DNA of 64,000 nt from Eubacteriales bacterium (GCA_045655565.1 JAZOPN010000062.1:10546-74545), one strand, 5' to 3'. Shown: positions 27,866 through 36,260, numbered from the stretch's first letter. Numbers and translations are program-made. Notes: generated by a model not told the origin, from the letters alone.

Positions 27866-28270
27866 ATGACGATGGCAAAAACTAAGAATAGCAAAATAAG
27901 AATCCAAGCTTTGCTGGAAAGACCCGATGTTTCTGTAACTGCGAATATTGAAGAAAATTATATTATCACTACGGAAGATAAGATAAGGATATTATACAAC
28001 GAATACAACGAAGCGAGAAAATATTCAGGAGAATTCTGGACATTTTTAGGCTTGTTTGTAGCATTATTAACAACCATACTTACTTGTGAGTTTAAGTCCA
28101 TTTTGGGCGTATCTGAATTCGTTTTTGAAGCAATATTTATACTTGCTACAGCAATTGCATTAGTATTAACGATATGGGCGGGAATTCAGTGGGGTATAAA
28201 TCACCAAAAACTCACTTTTGATCATTTCATAAATCAAATACGAGGTAACAACTCTGATGACAAAAATTGA
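27866..28270 (+). CDS. Small 2-TM protein with a polar N-terminal region (134 aa; alternative start 27872), no family recognised
   Basis: It starts 6 nt after the previous stop. The polar N-terminus of ~55 aa is followed by FWTFLGLFVALLTTILTCEF and FVFEAIFILATAIALVLTIWAGIQW. The last 14 nt overlap the hsdR start. Confidence 0.6.
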   Translation: MTMAKTKNSKIRIQALLERPDVSVTANIEENYIITTEDKIRILYNEYNEARKYSGEFWTFLGLFVALLTTILTCEFKSILGVSEFVFEAIFILATAIALVLTIWAGIQWGINHQKLTFDHFINQIRGNNSDDKN

Positions 28271-31200
28271 TGCAAAAGAAAAGATAACACAAAATCGTGT
28301 TATAAAATTCTTTGTGGACAAGCTCCATTATACATATCTTGGCGATCTGCATGACGGTGATAATTATAACGTCATGATTGACCGTCTTTACGCATACCTC
28401 ACGGGCAAAGGCGGTTATTCTCAGGCTTTGGCAAAGAAAGCTCTTGAAGTACTTATTCATGCGGCAAACAATCTTCAGTCCGGACTTTATGATGCCAATA
28501 AAGAAGTATACAGCTTGCTTAAATATGGTGCAAAAGTCAAGGAAAACGTAGGAGAACCCGAGAAAACTGTGTATTTCATAGATTGGGGCGATCCTACTAA
28601 AAATGATTTCTATATTGCCGAAGAGGTTACCGTAGTCGGCAATCATACAAAACGCCCTGATATAGTTGTTTATGTAAACGGCATTGCTCTTGCCGTTTTA
28701 GAGCTCAAGCGTAGCAGCGTGTCCGTTGCAGAAGGAATTCGCCAAAATCTCACAAACCAGAAAACTAATTTTATTGAGAGATTCTTTACTACCGTGCAAT
28801 TCTGCATGGCGGGTAATACCAGCGAAGGACTGCGTTACGGAACTCTTCTGACACCCGAAAAGCATTATTACGAATGGCAAGACGACGGCTTCAAGCAGTT
28901 CGATGAAGAACGTGATGAAACCGATGTTCTTATAGAGGAAAAGTGCAAAAGCTTCGATGAAAAGCTTGAAAAGCAGCTGTTTTCAATGTTCTATAAGAAG
29001 CGCTTCCTTGACCTCGTTCATAACTTTATTGTTTTTGATAAGGGTATAAAGAAGGTTTGCCGCTATAACCAATACTATGCCATCAAGCGTGCACAGCATC
29101 GCTTGACCGATGAAAAGCGTGGCGGCATTATCTGGCACACCAAAGGAAGCGGAAAGACCTTGACTATGGTATGGCTCTCAAAATGGATTCTTTCAAACAA
29201 TCCTAAGGCGAGAGTTCTCATTATCACAGACCGCGAAGAGCTTGACGATCAGATAGAAAAAAGCTATCGCGGCGTTGATGAAACGATAGTTCGCACCAGA
29301 AGCGGCAAGGATCTTATTGAACGCTTAAATTCTTACGAGGCCAGCTTGATTTGTTCGCTTGTCCATAAGTTTGGAAAACGCGGTGGCGAAGCTACCGGAG
29401 ATGATTATCAAAGGTATATAGAGAATCTTCTTGCATCTCTACCTGCAAATTACTCCGCAAAGGGTGAAATATACGTCTTCGTTGACGAGTGCCACAGAAC
29501 CCAGTCCGGTAAGCTCCATGCAGCGATGAAGACCATAATTCCTAATGGAATATTTATAGGTTTTACCGGTACTCCTCTGCTTAAGAAAGACAAGAAAACA
29601 AGCCTTGAAACCTTCGGTGGATATATACATACTTACAAGTTTGACGAAGGTGTAAGAGACGGAGTAGTTCTCGATCTTAGATATGAATACCGCGAGGTTG
29701 CTCAAGAGCTCAAATCTCAAGACAAGATCGATATGTGGTTTGATATTAAGACCAGAGGTCTTACTCCTCGTGCTCAGGCAAAGCTGAAATCTATGTGGGC
29801 AACCAAGCAAAAGGTTTTGTCCTCAAAATCCCGTCTTGAGAAAATCGCACTTGATATTCAGTTCGATTTTGAAACCAAGTCGCGTTTGATGGACGGAAAC
29901 GGAAATGCAATGTTGGTTGCAGGATCGGTCTATGAAGCATGCAAGTATTATGAAATTTTCCAATCACTTGGATTTAAGAAGTGTGCCATTATTTCTTCTT
30001 ACGAGCCTCAAACTGGAGATCTTCGTACAGATACGGTAAGTGACGAGGAAGAGACCGAAACATTTGAGAAATACGAAATTTATACACAAATGCTCGGTGG
30101 TTCCTCTGTTGAAGACTTTGAAACAAACGCAAAGAAGAAATTTGTAGAAGAGCCTTACAACATGAAGCTTTTGATAGTTGTTGATAAGCTTCTTACAGGA
30201 TTTGATGCACCCCCGTGTACTTATCTTTACATCGATAAAGCTATGCATGACCACGGTTTATTCCAGGCGATATGCAGAGTTAACCGACTTGATGATGAAA
30301 GCAAAGATTTTGGTTACATCGTAGACTACAAGCAGCTTTTCGGTGATCTCGCTGATGCAATAAGCACCTATACTTCAGGCGCTTTTGAAGCTTATGACGT
30401 AGAGGACGTTGCAGGTTTAATCAAGGATCGCACGGAAGAATCTGCAAAATACTTCAAGGATACGCTGGATGCACTTAATGAACTTTGCGAAGGTGTTGCT
30501 ATGCCTCGTGCAGAGCTTAATTACATTCATTATTTCTGCGGTGAAAATGGTGTTGACCTTGATAGTGATGAAGCCTACGCAAGAATGCGCGAAAAGCTTT
30601 ATAAATTGGTTTCTCGACTTGTAAGAGCTTTCGCTGAATTCAAACCGAGAATGGACGATGCCGGAATATCCAAAGACGAGCAGGCAAACCTTGATATACG
30701 CGTAAATGAATATTTGAAGCTTCGCGAAGTTATAGGCCGTGCAAGCGGTGACTTTCTTGATATGAAGCAGTTCGAGCCGGGAATGCGTTATCTCATTGAT
30801 AACTATATAGTTGCAGAGGATGCTGAGAAGCTCGCTATGTTTGATGACTTCACTCTTCTTGATTTCATTCTTACGAAAGAATCCCAACTCTCCGGAGATG
30901 GCAAGAATAACGAACAAGAAAGTGCGGCCGAAGCAATTGAGAACAATATACGTAAAAAGGTTGTTCAGAAGATTGTTATAAACCCTGCATATTACAGCAA
31001 AATGTCCGAGGTTCTTGAACAGTTGATTCTTGACCGTAAGCGTGGCGTTATTGCATACAAGCAGCTTTTGGAACGTTATATTGAATTAGCTAAAAATGTT
31101 ACTCTTCCCGAAAACAATACCAGATATCCGGAGTCCATTCGTTCAAGCAGTGCGATGAGGGCATTCTATGACAACTGCGGAGAAGATGAAGCATTAGCGA

Positions 31201-31358
31201 TAAAGCTTCACAAGGCAGTTATGTCTTCCAAAATGAACGGCTTCCGAAACAATCCTGCCAAGGAAAACAGAATCAAAAGCGCAATCTTCAAGATTGTTAA
31301 GGACGAGGAAATGGTTGAAAGCCTTTTCAAGATTATAGTTGAACAAGAGGAATACTGA
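28257..31358 (+). CDS. hsdR: Type I R-M system restriction (helicase/endonuclease) subunit
   Basis: It has an HsdR N-terminal nuclease-like region (RPDIVVYVNGIALAVLELK), helicase motif I HTKGSGKTLTMV, motif II VFVDECHRTQSG and the later block LLTGFDAP. Confidence 0.95.
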   Translation: MTKIDAKEKITQNRVIKFFVDKLHYTYLGDLHDGDNYNVMIDRLYAYLTGKGGYSQALAKKALEVLIHAANNLQSGLYDANKEVYSLLKYGAKVKENVGEPEKTVYFIDWGDPTKNDFYIAEEVTVVGNHTKRPDIVVYVNGIALAVLELKRSSVSVAEGIRQNLTNQKTNFIERFFTTVQFCMAGNTSEGLRYGTLLTPEKHYYEWQDDGFKQFDEERDETDVLIEEKCKSFDEKLEKQLFSMFYKKRFLDLVHNFIVFDKGIKKVCRYNQYYAIKRAQHRLTDEKRGGIIWHTKGSGKTLTMVWLSKWILSNNPKARVLIITDREELDDQIEKSYRGVDETIVRTRSGKDLIERLNSYEASLICSLVHKFGKRGGEATGDDYQRYIENLLASLPANYSAKGEIYVFVDECHRTQSGKLHAAMKTIIPNGIFIGFTGTPLLKKDKKTSLETFGGYIHTYKFDEGVRDGVVLDLRYEYREVAQELKSQDKIDMWFDIKTRGLTPRAQAKLKSMWATKQKVLSSKSRLEKIALDIQFDFETKSRLMDGNGNAMLVAGSVYEACKYYEIFQSLGFKKCAIISSYEPQTGDLRTDTVSDEEETETFEKYEIYTQMLGGSSVEDFETNAKKKFVEEPYNMKLLIVVDKLLTGFDAPPCTYLYIDKAMHDHGLFQAICRVNRLDDESKDFGYIVDYKQLFGDLADAISTYTSGAFEAYDVEDVAGLIKDRTEESAKYFKDTLDALNELCEGVAMPRAELNYIHYFCGENGVDLDSDEAYARMREKLYKLVSRLVRAFAEFKPRMDDAGISKDEQANLDIRVNEYLKLREVIGRASGDFLDMKQFEPGMRYLIDNYIVAEDAEKLAMFDDFTLLDFILTKESQLSGDGKNNEQESAAEAIENNIRKKVVQKIVINPAYYSKMSEVLEQLILDRKRGVIAYKQLLERYIELAKNVTLPENNTRYPESIRSSSAMRAFYDNCGEDEALAIKLHKAVMSSKMNGFRNNPAKENRIKSAIFKIVKDEEMVESLFKIIVEQEEY

Positions 31359-32074
31359 TGCATACTGAAATTTCAGGTATTACAATTGAAATTATAAAAA
31401 AGAATATAAAGAATATGCATCTTTCCGTTCTTCCTCCAAATGGTAGAGTAAGAATATCTGCACCGCTTCACATGTCCGATGAGAGCATTTTAATGTTTGC
31501 CAGAACAAAACTTTCGTGGATCAGAAAGCAGCAAGAGAAGTTTGCAGTTCAAGAGCGACAATCGGAGAGAGAATACGTTTCAGGGGAAACACTTTACGTG
31601 TTCGGACAACAATATTTTCTGCGCGTTGAGTATAGCTACAAGGGCAATGCGCTTGTTCTTTCCGGTAACGAAGCTATACTCACAGTCAGAAAGGAAAGTA
31701 CTGCCAAACAGCGCGAAGCATTTGTAAATGAATGGTATCGTGCCTTGCTTAAAGAAAAGATTGATGTCTACTTGCCTAAGTGGGAAAAGATTACGGGATT
31801 GTATTGTGATTCTTGGCAAACCAAGTATATGACAACCCGTTGGGGTACGTGCAACACCAACAGTCGCAAAATATGGCTTAATCTTCAATTGGCCAAAAAA
31901 CCGATAGAGTGTCTCGAATATGTTATTTTGCATGAACTTGCGCATCTTAAAATCAAAGGTCATGGTAAGGAATTTGTTGCACTTCTCGACCAATATATGC
32001 CGTATTGGAGAGAAACCAGGAAACTTCTCAACGAACTAAAACTTGATTATATGGAGGACGATAAAGATGGCTAA
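31358..32074 (+). CDS. DUF45/YgjP-like zinc metalloprotease (M48/SprT-like)
   Basis: WGTCNTNSRKIWLNLQLAKKPIECLEYVILHELAHLKIKGHGKEF carries the HExxH motif. The ATG overlaps the hsdR stop (TGATG). Confidence 0.8.
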   Translation: MHTEISGITIEIIKKNIKNMHLSVLPPNGRVRISAPLHMSDESILMFARTKLSWIRKQQEKFAVQERQSEREYVSGETLYVFGQQYFLRVEYSYKGNALVLSGNEAILTVRKESTAKQREAFVNEWYRALLKEKIDVYLPKWEKITGLYCDSWQTKYMTTRWGTCNTNSRKIWLNLQLAKKPIECLEYVILHELAHLKIKGHGKEFVALLDQYMPYWRETRKLLNELKLDYMEDDKDG

Positions 32075-32729
32075 CGGAGTAATTTATATTCTTACTAATC
32101 CGTCATTCCACGAGTACGTAAAAATCGGATATGCGGATGATATTGAGAAAAGACTAAGCCAGTTGAACAGAAGTGAATGCATCCCCTTTGCTTTTAGGGT
32201 GTATGCTACATATGAGGTTAACTCTCGTTTGTCTGATTTGAAGATTCACTCTATAATAGATAAACTGAACCCGAATTTGCGTTCAATTGACAACTTTAAT
32301 GGTCAAAAACGTATAAGAGAGTTTTATGCGATGCCTCCGGAAGATGCATATGCGATTTTAGAAGCTATCGCAGAAATTCACGGATGTGCGGATAAGCTTA
32401 AGCTCGCCAAACCCAGCGAGGATGAACTTGTTGCCGAAGAAACTGCACGAGAAATCGTTGAGGAAAGCAAAGAACGCGCAGCTCCGTTCAGATTCTCCAT
32501 GTGTAATATTCCTATGGGTTCAGAAATCGAATTTTACTGTCGCGGAAACGAAAATACCGGAAAGATCTGCACCGTAGTGAATGATCGTCATGTAAGCTAT
32601 GAAGGTAGAGTCTTGTCCCTTTCCGCTCTTGCTTCAGAGCTGACCGGAAAGACCCCGGTTCAAGGTACAAGTTATTTTAAATACAATGGCGAATGGTTGA
32701 ACGATATTAGATCTAAAAACGGATTTTAA
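32067..32729 (+). CDS. GIY-YIG (T5orf172-type) domain protein with an extra C-terminal domain
   Basis: The ATG at 32067 follows GGAGG and overlaps the previous gene by 8 nt. GVIYILTNPSFHEYVKIGYADDIEKRLSQLN ... REFY is the GIY-YIG/T5orf172 pattern. The ~80-aa C-terminal domain is unassigned. Confidence 0.7.
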   Translation: MANGVIYILTNPSFHEYVKIGYADDIEKRLSQLNRSECIPFAFRVYATYEVNSRLSDLKIHSIIDKLNPNLRSIDNFNGQKRIREFYAMPPEDAYAILEAIAEIHGCADKLKLAKPSEDELVAEETAREIVEESKERAAPFRFSMCNIPMGSEIEFYCRGNENTGKICTVVNDRHVSYEGRVLSLSALASELTGKTPVQGTSYFKYNGEWLNDIRSKNGF

Positions 32730-32956
32730 TTAACGCTTTATTTCACGTTGGCACCGTGGCGTGTGCTTGTCTTGATACAAGTCGGCGTCGCTTCGCTCCG
32801 CCGAGCCAAGCACACGCCACGAAAAACTGAATACACGGAAAAACGAAAATCCAAAGCCGACCGATGCGAGGTCGCACGCTGATCCGCTTGATGCGACGCT
32901 CGCATTAACGCTCTCGGCACTTTTAGGATTTCACTCGTTTTACGCCGCTACTTATC

Positions 32957-32996
32957 AACCGCTGGGATTTTTCTCCCGGCGGTTTTTTCTTTTTTA
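32957..32996 (+). terminator. Strong intrinsic terminator ending the R-M operon
   Basis: Stem AACCGCtGGGA / TCCCgGCGGTT, followed by TTTTTTCTTTTTT. Confidence 0.85.
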
Positions 32997-33258
32997 ATGG
33001 TGAAACAAAGCTTCACCTTTAACCTTTATAATTTTCTCAAGTCAATTTTTAATTCGGACAAAAACTTTCCGGTTTAAAAGTTATACTCGTATCGGTCAGC
33101 ACATATTAGGGGCTATCTCAAAGACACTGCTGTAACACTTTTGTAAGAGCTTGTAAATCTCACGGCAAGTAAAAACCCAAAAGTGTCCAGCCGTATCAGT
33201 TGTTTACTCAAAGAATATTTGCTAACCTTTTAACAGTAACAAAAAAGGAGGTAAAAGC

Positions 33259-33402
33259 GTGAACGAAATTCAAATCATCACAGACGAAAAAGTAAGTGTC
33301 GAGAGCTTGAGCGAAGCAGAACAGCGCTCGTTTTATATGAGTATGCTCACTCAGATTCTCGAGCTTCACAGACAAGAAAAAGAACGAGAGGGGGTGAACT
33401 AA
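33259..33402 (+). CDS. Small ORF (47 aa) upstream of and coupled to the Rep-like gene; function unknown
   Basis: A GTG start lies 8 nt after AAGGAGG. The stop TAA shares its last A with the Rep ATG (TAATG). It is below the ORF-track length cutoff. Sequence: VNEIQIITDEKVSVESLSEAEQRSFYMSMLTQILELHRQEKEREGVN. Confidence 0.5.
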   Translation: MNEIQIITDEKVSVESLSEAEQRSFYMSMLTQILELHRQEKEREGVN

Positions 33403-34274
33403 TGAGCTTCAAAGCAACAAAGGTTTACCGCGAGGGCTACCACTACGTAGCAATCCCCTACAAAGAAAATCCGACCGCAAAGAAACGTGGCGGTGTTACA
33501 GATTTGGAAAAGGACGAAAAGAAAAAAACCTTTGATACGGCAAACAAAGGCATAAAGACTAAAGGCAAAAAGAAACGTGCTAAAGAATTGGTTGCGGAAC
33601 TTAGACCGCATTTTGAAACGGAAGAACAGACAGCCGAATTTGTAAGGGCTGAAATGGAAAGAACTGAACGAAATAGAATGGTACGATGGTTAAGGCTACA
33701 AAGAAAAATAGATCTCGGTGAATGGGATTATTTTTGCACCTTTACCTATGATGATAAAAAGCATACGGAAGAAAGCTTTAGGAGAAAGCTCTCGGATACG
33801 TTTAAAAAACTACGGCAACGATACGACTGGGAATATCTCGGGGTGTATGAACGCTCCCCCGAAAATGACCGCTTGCATTTTCACGGACTTTTTAACATAC
33901 CGAAAATGAAAGGCGAGCTTGTAAAACGGAGAGATTACAGCACCAAAGAACACCGTATGCAGACAACCTTGCAAAATACTTATTTTACGGAACGCTTCGG
34001 CAGAAATGACTTCGCCCCTATAAGTAAAGTAGATTTAGAGCATACCGCTTCGTATTTGATGAAGTATATCGAGAAATCTGGAGAACGCATCGTGTGTTCC
34101 AAAGGCGTAAAAACATTCTTTATATCCGATATTATGGATGATGACGTAGTATGCACCATTGGAAACGAGGATAGAAAGCTATTGCTATTTGACAATTTCT
34201 CTTGCTTTGATGAAGGCATATACGTAGGAGAGGTCAGCCCCGAAACAATAAAACAAATGCGAAAGACGAACTAA
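33402..34274 (+). CDS. HUH-superfamily rolling-circle replication initiator / relaxase-like protein
   Basis: The three RCR motifs occur in canonical order: FCTFTY (motif I), RLHFHGLF (HUH) and ASYLMKYIEK (YxxKY). Confidence 0.75.
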   Translation: MSFKATKVYREGYHYVAIPYKENPTAKKRGGVTDLEKDEKKKTFDTANKGIKTKGKKKRAKELVAELRPHFETEEQTAEFVRAEMERTERNRMVRWLRLQRKIDLGEWDYFCTFTYDDKKHTEESFRRKLSDTFKKLRQRYDWEYLGVYERSPENDRLHFHGLFNIPKMKGELVKRRDYSTKEHRMQTTLQNTYFTERFGRNDFAPISKVDLEHTASYLMKYIEKSGERIVCSKGVKTFFISDIMDDDVVCTIGNEDRKLLLFDNFSCFDEGIYVGEVSPETIKQMRKTN

Positions 34275-34462
34275 ATTTTATCTTTCGCCCGGCAGAGCTT
34301 AAACGAAACCACCGTCGAGGTCAAGGGGGTGAAAATATTGCTTAAAATTCAAAATCAAAAGACATTTCTACAATATTTTCGCCTGATCCCTTGACCTCTC
34401 CCGGTGCTTCCGTTTTGGTCGCTCTTGTCGAAAGACAAAATAAAAATAATAAGGAGTTTAGT

Positions 34463-35992
34463 ATGAAAACAGCAGTAATTTATGCACGTTACAGTAGTAA
34501 CAGCCAAACAGACCAATCAATCGAAGGACAGCTTACAGTTTGCCAAAAATACGCTCTCGATAACGGACTTCAAATCGTTGAAACCTATATCGACAGAGCA
34601 ATGACGGGAACGAATGACAACAGAGTTGCCTTTCAGCAAATGCTCGCAGACAGCGAGAAAAATTCCAAGTGGGAAATCGTACTTGTATACGCTCTTGACC
34701 GCTTTGGAAGAAATGCCACAGAGGTAGCCGTTAACAAACAGCGTTTAAGGAAGAACGGCAAAACGCTTATATCTGCCACACAGAGAACTTCTGTAAATAT
34801 TGACGGCTCACGCAACCTTGATGGTATCTTGCTTGAGAACGTATACATCGGACTTGCAGAATACTATTCAGCCGAGCTTTCCGAAAAAATACAGCGTGGA
34901 CAGAAAGAAAATCGCAGAAAAGGACTCCATTGTGGTGGACATATAGCATACGGATATAAGAGCATTGATCGTAAGCTTTATGTTGACGAATATGAAGCCG
35001 AAGCCGTGAGATTTATCTTTGACCAATACGGACACGGTGTTACAGTACCCAAAATTATTGAACAGCTTACCGAAAAGGGATATATGCACGATGGTGTGCC
35101 CTTTCAGCCGTCTTGCATTTACAGTATATTGCGAAATAAAAACTACGTAGGCATTTATGAATATAAGGGCGAAGTATTTACCGATATTTATCCTCAAATC
35201 ATATCCGATGAAGCGTATACCAAAGTCAGAGAAAGAATTGACGCTAACAAAACAGGCTCACGTAGCGTACAAACAGTATATCTACTTCGAGGCAAGCTGA
35301 AATGCGGATATTGCGGTATGCCAATAAGTGCCGAAAGCGGAACTTCACGCACACAGGAGAAGAAATACTACTATAAGTGTCACGGTCGCAAAAAATACAA
35401 GAACGGTTGCACCAAGACCACGATCAAAAAAGAACTCCTTGAAGAATTCGTAGTTGAATTCATTTTAGGAGAGCTTAAAAGAAGCGAAAATGTTGAAAAA
35501 GCCGTTAATGCAATTATGAGTTTGCAAGAAAAATATCTCCGCGATAACCCCAATTTGAGCATACTTAAAAAGGAGAAAAAGCAGGTTGATACAGCCCTTA
35601 ATAATCTTATGCGAGCTATTGAAGCTGGTATTATATCCGCTACCACTCAAAGAAGACTCAATGAGCTTGAAGAACAGCAAGTTGAGCTTGAGCGTAAAAT
35701 CCTCATTGAAGAAAGCAAACAAGCGGTGCTTCTTGACAGAGAGCAAATCGAAAAGTATTATCTCAAAGCATTAACAACAGACCCCGAAAGACTTATAAAC
35801 ACGATAATTAAAGAAATTGTGCTTTACAATGACAAAATTGAAATTTACTTGAATAGCCCACTAAGAACGAGTCCCGATGACAATCGGGGCTTTTCTTTTT
35901 ATACAGAAGTCGTAAATATGCCAACCGAAAGACACGCTACAAGAGGTACAAAATATAAGAGAATTACACTTCAAATGCTTGTATATCGGTAA
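34463..35992 (+). CDS. Large serine recombinase (integrase)
   Basis: The ATG at 34463 follows AAGGAG. It has the resolvase catalytic domain AVIYARYSSNSQTDQSIEGQL, a recombinase domain, a zinc ribbon CGYCGMPI...YYKCHGRKKYKNGC and a coiled-coil C-terminus. Confidence 0.9.
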   Translation: MKTAVIYARYSSNSQTDQSIEGQLTVCQKYALDNGLQIVETYIDRAMTGTNDNRVAFQQMLADSEKNSKWEIVLVYALDRFGRNATEVAVNKQRLRKNGKTLISATQRTSVNIDGSRNLDGILLENVYIGLAEYYSAELSEKIQRGQKENRRKGLHCGGHIAYGYKSIDRKLYVDEYEAEAVRFIFDQYGHGVTVPKIIEQLTEKGYMHDGVPFQPSCIYSILRNKNYVGIYEYKGEVFTDIYPQIISDEAYTKVRERIDANKTGSRSVQTVYLLRGKLKCGYCGMPISAESGTSRTQEKKYYYKCHGRKKYKNGCTKTTIKKELLEEFVVEFILGELKRSENVEKAVNAIMSLQEKYLRDNPNLSILKKEKKQVDTALNNLMRAIEAGIISATTQRRLNELEEQQVELERKILIEESKQAVLLDREQIEKYYLKALTTDPERLINTIIKEIVLYNDKIEIYLNSPLRTSPDDNRGFSFYTEVVNMPTERHATRGTKYKRITLQMLVYR

Positions 35993-36260
35993 CGCTGACG
36001 ATTTATTCCACGGTACTCTTGACACGAGCCTCTCGGGAGTGTGGGTGCAAGGCAAAGAAGCCAACCACCCAGCCCCGAGGGGCTGTTTGTTTGCCTGTGG
36101 CACGAAAGCCTACCACACTCCCTGCTCCTGTCAAGAGTCTTTCGCGGCATAAAGCCGTCACCGAGAGAGGACAAAAAGGCTCTAAGGCGGACAAAAAGAA
36201 AAAAGCCCTCGGCAGATACCAAAGGCAGATAAAAACAAAACGAAAACCAACCCTCTTTCG

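Noticed and set aside
32738-32920. A 60-aa minus-strand ORF in the R-M operon 3' UTR.
   Set aside because: It coincides with the two large stem-loops, has no RBS, and has an arginine/alanine-rich composition typical of GC-rich non-coding DNA.
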